From: Candidatus Latescibacterota bacterium
GTDB lineage: Bacteria; Latescibacterota; UBA2968
Length of the DNA stretch: 64,000 bases
Direction: 5' to 3'
Assembly (NCBI GenBank): GCA_965116885.1
Contig: OZ220741.1
Location: forward strand, 4,672,001-4,736,000
The position numbers and the translations under genes are program-made. Below, one piece after another: positions 8,744 to 19,381 of this stretch. The notes under the pieces were generated by a model that did not search any database, was not told the DNA's origin, and saw only the letters and a list, made by a program, of their open reading frames with translations. The stretch's first letter is position 1, and each line of letters starts with the position of its first letter.

Positions 8744-9997
8744 TTACGCGCCAAGTGCCCAACCCACAGGTAGTGCCACAACGTCATTGCCGAGGTCGTG
8801 AATGCGAGGGTCGTTGGAGAGCACCAATCCCTGCAGGATGGGTTTGTCTAAAATTTCGTCGAGTTTGCGCAAATGGCGGGCATCTGTGGAAGCAACGCGT
8901 TCCGCCATTTTTATTTCAATAGGCACAAAGCCCTGTTCGGTTTCGAGCAACAAATCGACTTCGCGTCCATCAGCCGTGCGCAGATGATAACAGTCAATGG
9001 GCAACCGGCTATTTTGAATTTGTTTGTAAATTTCAGCAATAATAGCACTTTCAAATTCATGGCCTGTGAGTTGACCGCGTCGATTGAGCAACGCACGCTG
9101 GATGCCGGGATCGAGAAAATGAACTTTTGGTGCTTTGGACAGGCGTTTATTCAGGTTGCGAAACCACGGTTGTAACAAAATGACCTGGTAACTTATTTCG
9201 AGATATGAAATAAAGCGTTTGACAGTTTTGGATGTGACACCGGTAAGTTGAGCCAATTCATTCATATTGAGCAACACGCCAGTCAGCCCTGCCAATGCAC
9301 GCTGCATGCGAGCAAAAGGCGTGAGATCGCGCAAATTGGCGAGATCGCGCAGGTCGCGCTGAAGATAGGTTTGGATGTAGTCGTGCAACCAATCGTATTT
9401 ATCGCGGATAGTGAGCCTGGGATCAACGACGGCTGGCATGGCACCAAAATTCAGATAATGTGCCATGTGATGTACTACCTGTGCGTAGCGTTCGCTCTGG
9501 AGTGGCATACCCGAATACAAAATATCGCGTTCACCAGTTTTTAGAAAACGGATGAATCTGGAATCCACAATAGTGTCATCCCAGGAATCCGTCAGCATTT
9601 CCGGCAATGTGAGAGGATACAGCTCAATAAGGGAGATACGCCCGGCCAAACTTTCGCGGATCTGTTCCATTAACAGGATTTGGCTGGAACCGAGCAAGAT
9701 ACTGCGCGCATCGGGATACTGATCGTAAACGGCTTTGATAGACTCTATGATCGCAGGTGCTTTTTGCACTTCATCCAGAATGACATTGGGATACTGTCGA
9801 TACCATTGTGCAGCCGAAAGCGCAGTGAAATCTGGACGCGTGATCGGATCATCGAGGGAAATGTATGAATAGTCGGAAAATCCCGTTTGTACCAATGTGG
9901 TCTTGCCCGTTTGTCGCGCTCCTGTCAAAGCAATGAGACGCCCCAGCCTGGAAGCAGATCTTTGTTTGATAAGTGAAAGGATGGTTCTATTTTTCAA
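8744..9997 (-). CDS. AAA_14 ATPase with DUF4143 / C-terminal PD-(D/E)xK-like domain
   Basis: Walker A GARQTGKT, Walker B ILDEVQ, LLGSS, ESLAGR, PKVHFLDPG and EVDLL...IEIK. TTG start at 9997 follows a GAGGTG RBS. Confidence 0.9.
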   Translation of the reverse strand: MKNRTILSLIKQRSASRLGRLIALTGARQTGKTTLVQTGFSDYSYISLDDPITRPDFTALSAAQWYRQYPNVILDEVQKAPAIIESIKAVYDQYPDARSILLGSSQILLMEQIRESLAGRISLIELYPLTLPEMLTDSWDDTIVDSRFIRFLKTGERDILYSGMPLQSERYAQVVHHMAHYLNFGAMPAVVDPRLTIRDKYDWLHDYIQTYLQRDLRDLANLRDLTPFARMQRALAGLTGVLLNMNELAQLTGVTSKTVKRFISYLEISYQVILLQPWFRNLNKRLSKAPKVHFLDPGIQRALLNRRGQLTGHEFESAIIAEIYKQIQNSRLPIDCYHLRTADGREVDLLLETEQGFVPIEIKMAERVASTDARHLRKLDEILDKPILQGLVLSNDPRIHDLGNDVVALPVGWALGA

Positions 9998-10008
9998 GTT
10001 ATCACCTC

Positions 10009-10085
10009 TATTGGCGTAAAATTTGGACTTATATTCCATAATTTACGCCAAAATTTGGAATAAACAACCATAATTTACGCCAATA
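10009..10085. repeat. operator-like direct and inverted repeats upstream of the AAA_14 gene
   Basis: CCATAATTTACGCCAA at 10036 and 10068 (32-bp period), with an inverted copy TATTGGCGTAAA at 10009-10020. Confidence 0.8.
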
Positions 10086-10198
10086 TAGTGTAACCCCTTG
10101 CTGCAAGTTGATAATATTTCTCTTTGGTGATGAGACTTCATAGATTATTTTCTCCAGATAGATATATTTTGTGATAGCGTTCTAAAAAAGGAGACACC

Positions 10199-11158
10199 AT
10201 GAGTTCTGATACATTTCGCGGGGTATTTACCATACCCTCAACACCGTTTAAGCAAAATGGAGATGTCGATTGGAGTGACCTCAAGCGCGTGCTGGATTTT
10301 TGTATCACCTGTGGCGCACACGGAATTGTCTGGCCCGTAAATGCCAGTAGTTTTCCCGTATTGACCGACCGGGAACGCCTGCACGGAATGCAGATGGTCG
10401 TAGAACACACCGCCGGACGCATTCCTGTAATTCTCGGCGTTCAGGGGGCGAGTGGTAATCACGCGGCAATGTTCGCACGCCACGCGCAGGCATTGGAGGC
10501 CGATGGCGTCATAGCAATGGCCCCTTATATAGAGCCAATTGAAGACGAAGATGCGATGGTACACTATTATCAAGCAATAGACCGCGAAGTGGATATGCCA
10601 ATTTTTATACAAAATCACATGCGGGGCAGCGAGTTGTCAATCAATACAGTGGTGCGCTTGATCAGCGAAGTAGAACACATAGAATACGTTAAGGAAGAGG
10701 TCTTCCCTCCAACGCACATGATTACGGGCTTAATCGAACAGGCCGGGCCAAAATTAAAAGGCGTATTTGGCGGAGCCAGCGGTCGCTATTTACTGCTCGA
10801 ACATCCGCGCGGTGTGGCCGGACAAATGCCGGGCTGTCACATAACAGATGTTGTGGTGCGCCTGTGGAATGCTCTGGAAGCTGGAGACTTGAAAGAGGCA
10901 AAACGGGTATATGGCATCATGGCTCCCCTATTTGCGCTCGAGACAGTAAAAGGTACGAATTATCCCGAAATACTGCGCCGACGCCAGGTCATCAAAAGTT
11001 CGCACAGCCGTTTGACAATCCGCTTCCCAACTCAAGATGCGTACGATCACGAAGCCCTCGACGATATTTTGCGGGATATAGAACCGCTATTTACCTGGAA
11101 CGAAAAGCCACTGCTATACGGTCCCCCCGAATGGCTCAAAGATCAATGGACGGATTAA
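10199..11158 (+). CDS. dihydrodipicolinate synthase / N-acetylneuraminate lyase family aldolase
   Basis: GVFTIPSTPF, LTDRER, GRIPVILGV and the Schiff-base Lys in YVKEE. Confidence 0.9.
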   Translation: MSSDTFRGVFTIPSTPFKQNGDVDWSDLKRVLDFCITCGAHGIVWPVNASSFPVLTDRERLHGMQMVVEHTAGRIPVILGVQGASGNHAAMFARHAQALEADGVIAMAPYIEPIEDEDAMVHYYQAIDREVDMPIFIQNHMRGSELSINTVVRLISEVEHIEYVKEEVFPPTHMITGLIEQAGPKLKGVFGGASGRYLLLEHPRGVAGQMPGCHITDVVVRLWNALEAGDLKEAKRVYGIMAPLFALETVKGTNYPEILRRRQVIKSSHSRLTIRFPTQDAYDHEALDDILRDIEPLFTWNEKPLLYGPPEWLKDQWTD

Positions 11159-11210
11159 ACCGGCCTTTGTAAATAATCGCTCAATCTCCGATTTGTGACA
11201 CGGAAATTTC

Positions 11211-13637
11211 ATGCACCTGAAATCATTGTCTCGATTGACAGTTAATTTTTTTCTTCTTTGGGGATTCATCTCATCCGGCAATGCCCAGGAAGTCTCCATA
11301 GTGTCTCAGGATACGACCGCTGCTGGCCGCTGGAGCCTTATAGCCGGCACTGCTTTTTTGACCGCCGGTGAACAGCCCTACATAGATCGAGAAGGCAGCA
11401 TGTGGTGGGGATACCAGGACGATGTCTTTGTGCTAAAGCAGAGTCAGTTGTCAAAGATAACCGTAGGGTGGCCTGTGAGCGCGATAGTGCAAGATTCAAC
11501 GGGGTCCATGTGGTTTTTTGGACATCACAGCGATTCACTCATTGCAGCTCGCTACGACGGTGTGATACGGGAGATAACGAGAACGCAAATAATGCGGAAT
11601 TTGATTGTGGGTCCCCCAGCAGTTGTAGATGGCAAAGGGCGATTTTGGATGCGCGCCAAGCCTTTGTATAGACGCAGATCAGGGCGTGATCCCGGCTACG
11701 GCATCTTTGAATATTCCAATGGTCACTGGTTTAACCACACAAATATAACAACAGGACTCAAACACGACCGTATTTACGACCTGGCCGTTGACCGAGAAGG
11801 CTATCCCTGGGCCGCGACTTACAGCAGTGCCAGCCAATACCGAGCCGGGCAATGGCACAATTATGGTCGGGGAGACGGTTTAAGCAATCAGAAAGTGTAT
11901 CGAATTGCTATAGACAAAAATGGCGATATCTGGTGTACGCATGGTAATCGCGATGATATTTCCGTTTATGACGGTGATAAATGGCGCGTGATCAACACGG
12001 ATTCCGGTATGCCCGTTGGGGAAGTAAGGGCAGCACTTTGTGCGCGAGATGGCACCTTCTGGTTTGGTGTACACTATGATGATATAAAAGACCCAGAACA
12101 AAGCGGTCTGGTTCGCTTTGACGGGCAATCGTGGCTTGTGTTGACAGAGAGGGACGGATTACCGGGTAATCACGTTCTGAAAATTTCCGAACTGCTGGAT
12201 GGAAAGCTGTTATTGCAGATCCGAAAATCAACATCGACGGTATTTGAGTCAGACACGCCGTTGCAAATTTCCAATCAAGCACTTGTGATATTTGAACCCG
12301 ATACAACGCGATGGGCGCGTGTTTCGGGACATGTTGAAAATCGAGATGGAACAGCTACAGATCCCATTGCAGTGTCTCTCACAACGCCCAAAGGGCATGT
12401 AAAAGCGAGCACCGTGACCAATGCTCAGGGTTTTTACGAAATGAGGGTCTTGCCGGGCGAATACAGGGTTCAAGTGCAAGATGCATGGGGTGGAGAACGC
12501 GACATAGTCGTTGCCCCTGGCGAGATTGTCAGTGGCGTGGATATTCGTCCCTTTTGGTTTATCGATTCGGCAACGTTCCGTGCCATTTTCTACCTTGTTT
12601 CTATCCTTTTCACAGTTATTATACTCGTTGGCCTGATCTATATCGTTATTCTCGCAGCAGCCGAGCAACCGCTCAACGTGCCCGAACTGAGTGAAGATCA
12701 CAATCCCCTCCGTCTCAGGTTTCACGGAAATGGGAGCAGCTTGTTTGGCATTTTTGCGATCAATACGTTGCTCACCCTCCTCACGTTCGGTGTGTATTAT
12801 TTTTGGGGTAAGGCAAAAATCCGGCGTTATATGCACAGCCAAACAGAATTGCACAACAGCCGGTTTTCAAACCACACCACCGGCGGCGAACTCTGTATCG
12901 GCTGGATTAAAGCTATCATTTTAATCGTCACAATCGTATTGATTTCGGAAATACCCTCGTTTTTCTGGGAAGATATGACGCACGAGTGGATCACTATGCT
13001 CGCCTTTTATGGACTTCTGCTTTTTGTGTTCCTGCCTCTGGCCATTGTGGGGTCTTTGCGTTTCAGGCTCAGCCGAACTTCTTATCAGGGCATTCGTTTC
13101 TCCTTCAGGGGCAACAGCAAAACATTTTTCAAAATCTATTATATCGGACTGTTAAAAACAATATTCACCCTGGGGTTGTACTATCCCTATTTTGAAACGA
13201 AGATTCGCCTATTCTTGACCAGGAGCGTGCGCTTTGGCACAGGGCGTTTTAAGTTTTTCGGCACGGGGCGCGCCCTGTTCTGGCATTTTGTAGCCACGGT
13301 GTTACTCACGCCTTTTACACTGGGCCTGTGCTGGTATTGGTACTGGGCACGCAAGACGCGCTACTACTGGTCTTGCACGACATTTGAAGGCACCTCATTT
13401 CACTCGACCTTTGTCGGCAGCCGCCTTCTATCGCTGAAGGTAGGAAATTTTATTCTACTCGCCATTTCCCTGGGGCTGGCATGGCCCTGGGTCGCAGTTC
13501 GCAATAACAGATTTTTGTGCGACTATCTCGTTTTGTCCGATCCACCGGATTTTTCCAGTATTGCCCAGGATTTTTCAGACGCCGGAGCAACGGGCGAAGG
13601 CTTGAGCGATTATCTGGATTTTGAGTTTGAGTTTTAG
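11211..13637 (+). CDS. fusion of signal peptide, Reg_prop-type beta-propeller, carboxypeptidase-regulatory-like domain, TM helix and DUF898 (YjgN) membrane domain
   Basis: Repeats such as DGLSNQKVYRIAIDKNGDIW and DGLPGNHV; VSGHV...TNAQGFY...PGEYRV; LRFHGNG..LFGIF.IN.LLTLLTFGVY.FW.K; acidic/aromatic C-terminus GEGLSDYLDFEFEF. Confidence 0.8.
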   Translation: MHLKSLSRLTVNFFLLWGFISSGNAQEVSIVSQDTTAAGRWSLIAGTAFLTAGEQPYIDREGSMWWGYQDDVFVLKQSQLSKITVGWPVSAIVQDSTGSMWFFGHHSDSLIAARYDGVIREITRTQIMRNLIVGPPAVVDGKGRFWMRAKPLYRRRSGRDPGYGIFEYSNGHWFNHTNITTGLKHDRIYDLAVDREGYPWAATYSSASQYRAGQWHNYGRGDGLSNQKVYRIAIDKNGDIWCTHGNRDDISVYDGDKWRVINTDSGMPVGEVRAALCARDGTFWFGVHYDDIKDPEQSGLVRFDGQSWLVLTERDGLPGNHVLKISELLDGKLLLQIRKSTSTVFESDTPLQISNQALVIFEPDTTRWARVSGHVENRDGTATDPIAVSLTTPKGHVKASTVTNAQGFYEMRVLPGEYRVQVQDAWGGERDIVVAPGEIVSGVDIRPFWFIDSATFRAIFYLVSILFTVIILVGLIYIVILAAAEQPLNVPELSEDHNPLRLRFHGNGSSLFGIFAINTLLTLLTFGVYYFWGKAKIRRYMHSQTELHNSRFSNHTTGGELCIGWIKAIILIVTIVLISEIPSFFWEDMTHEWITMLAFYGLLLFVFLPLAIVGSLRFRLSRTSYQGIRFSFRGNSKTFFKIYYIGLLKTIFTLGLYYPYFETKIRLFLTRSVRFGTGRFKFFGTGRALFWHFVATVLLTPFTLGLCWYWYWARKTRYYWSCTTFEGTSFHSTFVGSRLLSLKVGNFILLAISLGLAWPWVAVRNNRFLCDYLVLSDPPDFSSIAQDFSDAGATGEGLSDYLDFEFEF

Positions 13638-13641
13638 AGCT

Positions 13642-14760
13642 ATGGCACGGGATACACACATGTGGCAAGCGCACTTTTACGATGGGCAAACAGCACAGCC
13701 CCATGCCGTACTGGTAAAAGTTTTGGCGAATGGCCTTGAGGTAATATTTTCAGACCGCCCATCTGAAATTTGGGCTTACGGAAATTTTCGTCAGACCGAG
13801 GGCTTTCACAGCGGAGAATTGGTCCGGTTTGAAAAGAGCGATACCTTTGGACAAGCACTGGTAATAGACGACGTGCAAATTCTGCGGGTAATTCGAGAAC
13901 GCGCTCCCGATTCGAGCTTTCACAATCCCAGACTTCGCCGTTACAGGGTCCCTCTTGTCGGTTTTTCTCTCGTTTCTATTGTGTTTATTATCTGGCTGCT
14001 CTACGGCCATATTCTGCCCCTATTCATCGACGGCATCGCACGCATTGCGCCCGTTGCCTGGGAAGAATCACTTGGCCGATCCGTTGTCGCGTATATCGCA
14101 CCCAAAGAAGACCGCTGCCAGGATGCAATTTATACTGAGGTATTTGATGAAATCGGCGCCCGTTTGACCGCCCCGACAAGCCTGCCCTATACATTTCGCA
14201 TTTACGTCGTCAAGAACGCCCACGTAAACGCCTACGCGCTTCCCGGCGGCTATATGGCTATCACAACCGGCTTTCTAAAGCGCGTAAAATCCGCCGAGCA
14301 AATCGCCGGTGTAATCGCACACGAGATGCAACATGTCGTGCAAAGACACGGCACCCGGGCCGTCTTGCGAGAAATGTCCACGCGTACACTTATTGCAGCT
14401 ATCTCCGGCGGTGGCGAAGGTTTGGACTACGTGCTTGACGGAGCCGCCCTGGTGGGTGCCCTGCGTTTTTCGAGGGACCACGAGTCCTCTGCTGATATCG
14501 GGGGCATGAAAATGATTCTGGATGCAAATATCGATCCAAAGGGAATGGTCGAAGCATTTGAAATCCTTCTCAAAATAACGGGAGATATGCCAGATGGTCT
14601 GGTCTATGCCTCAACCCATCCCTTGACAAAAAATCGCATTCGTTCACTATCGCCCTATTTAGATTCCCTGAAAGTCGATCCCATTCCAATCGTCTCCGAT
14701 TCAACCTGGGCGCGTTTCGCGCAAGCAATTCGCGCAGGCCAATGTCTGCGAAAGGAGTAA
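13642..14760 (+). CDS. M48 family metallopeptidase, the usual YjgN partner
   Basis: FYDGQTA N-terminal domain, one TM segment, NAYALPGG, HEMQH, FSRDHE..AD and STHP. Confidence 0.9.
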   Translation: MARDTHMWQAHFYDGQTAQPHAVLVKVLANGLEVIFSDRPSEIWAYGNFRQTEGFHSGELVRFEKSDTFGQALVIDDVQILRVIRERAPDSSFHNPRLRRYRVPLVGFSLVSIVFIIWLLYGHILPLFIDGIARIAPVAWEESLGRSVVAYIAPKEDRCQDAIYTEVFDEIGARLTAPTSLPYTFRIYVVKNAHVNAYALPGGYMAITTGFLKRVKSAEQIAGVIAHEMQHVVQRHGTRAVLREMSTRTLIAAISGGGEGLDYVLDGAALVGALRFSRDHESSADIGGMKMILDANIDPKGMVEAFEILLKITGDMPDGLVYASTHPLTKNRIRSLSPYLDSLKVDPIPIVSDSTWARFAQAIRAGQCLRKE

Positions 14761-14763
14761 AAA

Positions 14764-16113
14764 ATGTCGAACCCCCGTCCGAATGTCCTCTGGCTTTTTC
14801 TCGAAGATGTGAACCCGTGGATGAGTTGTTATGGCGACCAGACCATACAAACGCCGAATATAGACGCGCTCGCAGCATCGGGCGTAAAATTTGATCGGGC
14901 GTATCAAACCTCTGGCGTATGCTCGCCTTCGCGCTCAGCGACCATTACGGGAATGTATCAAACGACTATAGGCGCGCACAACCACACCAGTTCATACCCC
15001 CTTTTACCCGAAGGGATAAAGACAATACCCGAGTATTTTCGAGACGCCGGATATTACACATTTAACGAGGGCAAAACGCATTACAATTTTGTCTTTGATT
15101 TAGATGTTTTATTTAATCACCATGGGAGCATGGATTTCAAAGGGGCAGAAAACGGAAGCGACTGGTCCGGATGTCCCCCTGATCAACCGTTCTTCGGACA
15201 AATTCAGCTTCGGGGTGGCAAAAGCATTGGATTGCTCAAAGGACCGGGCATCGACCCCGCCTCAGTACCCGTGCCATCGTTCTATCCCGATCACGAAATC
15301 ATCCGCAGAGAAATTGCCCTGCACTACGATTGTATCCTGCACACAGACCGACAGGTGGGATGGATTTTGGAGCGACTACAAGAAGATGGATTGCGCGAAA
15401 ACACGATCATATTTTTATTTAGCGATCACGGGATGCGGTTGCCGCGGCACAAGCAATTTATTTACGAAGGCGGTCACAAAGTCCCATTGATGATTTCATG
15501 GCAGGGCAATACAGATATCGTAAACCCCGGAAGTGTGCGCTCCGACCTCGTCAGCGGCATTGACATCGGTCCCACCTCTCTCGCGCTCGCTGGCCTCGAT
15601 GTGCCCGATTACATGGAAGGCCAAAATCTGTTTGGCGAACATTTCGTCGAGCGCGACTACGTGATTGCCGCAAAAGACCGATGTGATTTCACAATAGACC
15701 GCATGCGCACAGTGCGCACCCAGCGATATCGCTATGTGCGGAACTTTATGACAGACCGCCCTTTTATGCAGGCGCAGTACCGCGATGGATCGGATTATAT
15801 GGAACTGATTCGGACCATGAACGCCAACGGCGAACTGACGCCCGAACAGGCATTTTTCTGGGCAGAAGAACGCATCGCAGAAGAATTTTACGATTGTGAC
15901 GCCGATCCCGAAGAAGTGAACAATCTCGTAGATGATCCAGACCATGCCGAAGCCTTGCAACACCACCGCGATATTCTGACACAGTGGATTGCCCAGACCG
16001 GTGACCAGGGCCAATATCCCGAATCCGAAATCGGCTTGCGATGGGCACTGAAAAGGTGGGGAGATAAATGTGTAAACCCGGAATATGATAAAATAAAAAA
16101 GGAGACACAATGA
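14764..16113 (+). CDS. sulfatase (Cys-type, S1)
   Basis: RPNVLW, CSPSR, GKTH and SDHG motifs. Confidence 0.93.
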   Translation: MSNPRPNVLWLFLEDVNPWMSCYGDQTIQTPNIDALAASGVKFDRAYQTSGVCSPSRSATITGMYQTTIGAHNHTSSYPLLPEGIKTIPEYFRDAGYYTFNEGKTHYNFVFDLDVLFNHHGSMDFKGAENGSDWSGCPPDQPFFGQIQLRGGKSIGLLKGPGIDPASVPVPSFYPDHEIIRREIALHYDCILHTDRQVGWILERLQEDGLRENTIIFLFSDHGMRLPRHKQFIYEGGHKVPLMISWQGNTDIVNPGSVRSDLVSGIDIGPTSLALAGLDVPDYMEGQNLFGEHFVERDYVIAAKDRCDFTIDRMRTVRTQRYRYVRNFMTDRPFMQAQYRDGSDYMELIRTMNANGELTPEQAFFWAEERIAEEFYDCDADPEEVNNLVDDPDHAEALQHHRDILTQWIAQTGDQGQYPESEIGLRWALKRWGDKCVNPEYDKIKKETQ

Positions 16114-17813
16114 CCAGACCAAATATTCTCGTAATCTTGACCGACGATCAAGGGTGGGGCGATTTGAGTGTACACGGCAACACCAATCTCAACACGCCCA
16201 ATGTGGATTCTCTCGCACGAGATGGCGCGCTATTCGACCGGTTTTACGTCTGTCCGGTATGTGCGCCCACGCGAGCGGAGTTTTTGACGGGACGCTATCA
16301 TCTGCGCGGCGGTGTCCACGGCGTGAGCACCGGCGCCGAGCGACTAAACCTCGATGAAACAACAATTGCCGACGTGTTCAAAGACGCTGGATACGCCACG
16401 GGTGCTTATGGCAAATGGCACAATGGCACACAACATCCCTATCATCCGAACGCACGGGGATTTGACGAGTTTTTCGGGTTCTGCTCCGGACACTGGGGGC
16501 AATATTTCGATGCCGAACTCGAGCACAATGGCGAACTCACGCGCGGAAAGGGATACTTACCCGATGAGTGTACAGACCGCGCCATGGATTTTATGGCAGA
16601 AAATGTCGAACGCGATCAACCGTTCTTCTGTTATCTCCCCTACAATATCCCACACACCCCATTTCAGGTACCCGACGAGTTCTACGATCCATTCCGCGAC
16701 AAACCGATTGAGATGCGGGCGACCAATCCCGACCAGGAAGAAATAGTGCGCACGCGGGCGGCACTGGCTCTCTGTGAAAACATCGATTGGAACGTGGGAC
16801 GCTTACTGGACAAACTCGACGAGTTGAGAATCGCGGAAGACACCATTGTATTTTATTTTGGAGACAATGGACCCAATGGCGCACGGTGGAATGGCGGGAT
16901 GAAAGGCACAAAAGGATCAACAGATGAAGGCGGCGTGCGCGTGGCGGGCTTGATGCGTTGGAAGGGGCATATCCAGGCTGGTACAGTCATTGAAGAAATC
17001 GCCGGAGCGATTGATTTATTGCCCACATTTGCCGACCTTGCGGGTATTGATCTGGAAGTTGAAAAACCCCTGGATGGTCGCAGCCTCAAACCCCTGCTAT
17101 TGGGCGAAGCTGTCGAATGGTCTGACCGCATCATTCTATCACACCAGCGGGCACAATTGAGCGCGCGCAATCAGCGATTCCGACTGGATATAGAGGGCAA
17201 GTTATACGATATGGCCGCCGACGGTGGACAGACAACCGATGTGTCAAAAGAACACCCCGATGTCCACACAGAATTGTCAGATGCCGTAGCAAAATATCAC
17301 GCCGAAGTCTTGCCCGTTAACGACGACCGTCCCTTTGCCACGGGCTACTGGAAAACGACCCGCTTGCCCGCGCGAGATGGGGTACATCACGGCACAGTCC
17401 AGCGCAGTGCAGGCGCGCCCAACTGTTCTTATTTCACGCACTGGACTCAGGTGGGTGATCGGATGACCTGGGATATTGAAGTCGGCACAACCGGCGACTA
17501 TGAAGCGGCGGTTTATTATACATGCCCCGAAGAAGATGTGGGATCAACCGTCGAGCTGGCATTTCATCCCACGCATGGTCAGGCAATAAAAGTGCAAGGA
17601 CAGGTAACCGACGCACACGACCCACCGCTAATCGGCGCAGCAGATGACCGCTATCCCCGCGGTGGCGAGTCTTATGTGAAAGATTTCGAGCCATTGACAT
17701 TGGGAACAATTCACCTGAACGCGGGCAGAGGCACGTTGACCTTACGTGCCCTCGACGTACCCCACTCCCAGGTGATGGACGTGCGACGCGTGATGCTGAC
17801 GTTGAAGGAATGA
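16110..17813 (+). CDS. arylsulfatase (Cys-type) with C-terminal beta-sandwich domain
   Basis: [24 protein letters not shown] and DNGP; ATGA overlap with the upstream sulfatase. Confidence 0.93.
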   Translation: MTRPNILVILTDDQGWGDLSVHGNTNLNTPNVDSLARDGALFDRFYVCPVCAPTRAEFLTGRYHLRGGVHGVSTGAERLNLDETTIADVFKDAGYATGAYGKWHNGTQHPYHPNARGFDEFFGFCSGHWGQYFDAELEHNGELTRGKGYLPDECTDRAMDFMAENVERDQPFFCYLPYNIPHTPFQVPDEFYDPFRDKPIEMRATNPDQEEIVRTRAALALCENIDWNVGRLLDKLDELRIAEDTIVFYFGDNGPNGARWNGGMKGTKGSTDEGGVRVAGLMRWKGHIQAGTVIEEIAGAIDLLPTFADLAGIDLEVEKPLDGRSLKPLLLGEAVEWSDRIILSHQRAQLSARNQRFRLDIEGKLYDMAADGGQTTDVSKEHPDVHTELSDAVAKYHAEVLPVNDDRPFATGYWKTTRLPARDGVHHGTVQRSAGAPNCSYFTHWTQVGDRMTWDIEVGTTGDYEAAVYYTCPEEDVGSTVELAFHPTHGQAIKVQGQVTDAHDPPLIGAADDRYPRGGESYVKDFEPLTLGTIHLNAGRGTLTLRALDVPHSQVMDVRRVMLTLKE

Positions 17814-18055
17814 GGATGAGACCATCTGGCTGACGCAAAAACTCATGGCTGAGTTGTTTGACACGGCGAAATCTACCATTAGCGAACATTTGAGTAACAT
17901 CTATGCTTCTGGAGAACTGACTAAAAACGCAACTGTTCGGAATTTTCGAACAGTTCAAAGGGCTCGAAAGAAGAACAGGAATCTCTTGGGCGTATCGTCA
18001 ACGCCTATATTGACCTCGCTGAAGATAGGGTACAGCGCAAGATACGCATGGACAG
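17812..18055 (+). pseudogene. RhuM-family relic (two fused fragments)
   Basis: Fragment 1 [36 protein letters not shown]...TVRNFRTVQ; fragment 2, in another frame, EEQESLGRIVNAYIDLAEDRVQRKIRM. Confidence 0.8.
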
Positions 18056-18132
18056 GTAATTTTTTGCTTTTTACAAAAAGTTAGGGACTCTTATCTTTTA
18101 TATACGGATAAATCCTTACTACCCAATTTTAC

Positions 18133-18168
18133 ATTTTACTCAATACATTGAGTAAAATTACTCAATAC
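18133..18168. repeat. operator-like inverted repeat plus extra half-site upstream of the second AAA_14 gene
   Basis: ATTTTACTCAAT-ac-ATTGAGTAAAAT perfect 12-bp inverted repeat, then TTACTCAATAC just before ATG 18170. Confidence 0.8.
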
Positions 18169-18169
18169 T

Positions 18170-19381
18170 ATGAGCAAAGAAATTTTTACCAGACCCCAGG
18201 CTGCGGAGTTAGTGCGGCGATTAAAAGAATCCCGGCGATTCATTCAGGTCGTTTCGGGAGCGAGGCAGGTCGGCAAAACAACCCTTGCATTGCAAGTGGC
18301 AGACCAGAGCACACTGCCATATCACTTTGCCAGTGCAGATGAACCGACACTTCGCGGCAATGGATGGCTTGAATCTCAATGGGAAGAGGCGCGATTGCTT
18401 GCCGCCAGTTCAGAAAAAGGAGCCTTACTCGTATTGGATGAAGTACAGAAAGTTCCGCATTGGGCTGAAATGGTCAAGTATCTTTGGGATGAAGACACCC
18501 GCAAAAAAACATTGGTAAAAACAGTATTGCTCGGCTCTGCTCCGCTTTTAATCGGGCATGGACTGACAGAAAGCCTTGCGGGACGTTTTGAAACCTTGCA
18601 CATGCCGCACTGGAGCTTTTCTGAAATGCGGACAGCCTTCGGATGGGATCTGAACCAATATCTCTTTTACGGTGCCTATCCAGGTGCCGCACCATTGATA
18701 AAACAACCGCTCCGCTGGTCGCGCTACATCATAGACTCTCTCATTGAAACAACCGTCGCACGCGATGTGCTTTTGCTTTCCCGTGTTGACAAACCGGCGT
18801 TGCTTCGGCGACTATTTGAATTGGGCTGTGCCTATTCGGGCCAAATTCTTTCCTACACAAAAATGATAGGCCAACTTCAGGATGCGGGGAACACAACCAC
18901 GCTTGCCCACTACCTCGACCTGCTTGCAGGTGCTGGCGTACTAACCGGATTGCATAAATACGCGGGTGACACAGCGCGACGCCGGGGATCAAGCCCCAAG
19001 TTTCAAGTCTTCAACACCGCGCTGATAACTGCACTGTCTGACATGACGCAATCAGAAGCGTTTGCAGATCGCGAATTTTGGGGACGCTTAACAGAGTCCG
19101 CAGTGGGCGCACACCTGATCAACGCATCCGCTGGCGGCGCATGTGAAGTATTTTATTGGCGAGAACGCAACCGAGAAGTGGATTTTGTCTTGCGAAAAGG
19201 GAAGAAACTCGTGGCAATAGAAGTAAAAAGCGGGCGCACAACCACTTCGCTTCCCGGCATGGAATCTTTCTCCAAATCTTTCAAACCAGGTCGCCTGTTA
19301 ATCGTCGGTCCGGGTGGGATTTCTCTCGAACGGTTTCTCTCAACACCTGTGGAATATTGGCTAAATCAAACAAAAGTGTAA
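18170..19381 (+). CDS. AAA_14 ATPase with DUF4143 / C-terminal nuclease-like domain
   Basis: GARQVGKT, VLDEVQK, LLGSA, ESLAGRF and EVDFV...IEVKSG. Confidence 0.92.
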   Translation: MSKEIFTRPQAAELVRRLKESRRFIQVVSGARQVGKTTLALQVADQSTLPYHFASADEPTLRGNGWLESQWEEARLLAASSEKGALLVLDEVQKVPHWAEMVKYLWDEDTRKKTLVKTVLLGSAPLLIGHGLTESLAGRFETLHMPHWSFSEMRTAFGWDLNQYLFYGAYPGAAPLIKQPLRWSRYIIDSLIETTVARDVLLLSRVDKPALLRRLFELGCAYSGQILSYTKMIGQLQDAGNTTTLAHYLDLLAGAGVLTGLHKYAGDTARRRGSSPKFQVFNTALITALSDMTQSEAFADREFWGRLTESAVGAHLINASAGGACEVFYWRERNREVDFVLRKGKKLVAIEVKSGRTTTSLPGMESFSKSFKPGRLLIVGPGGISLERFLSTPVEYWLNQTKV

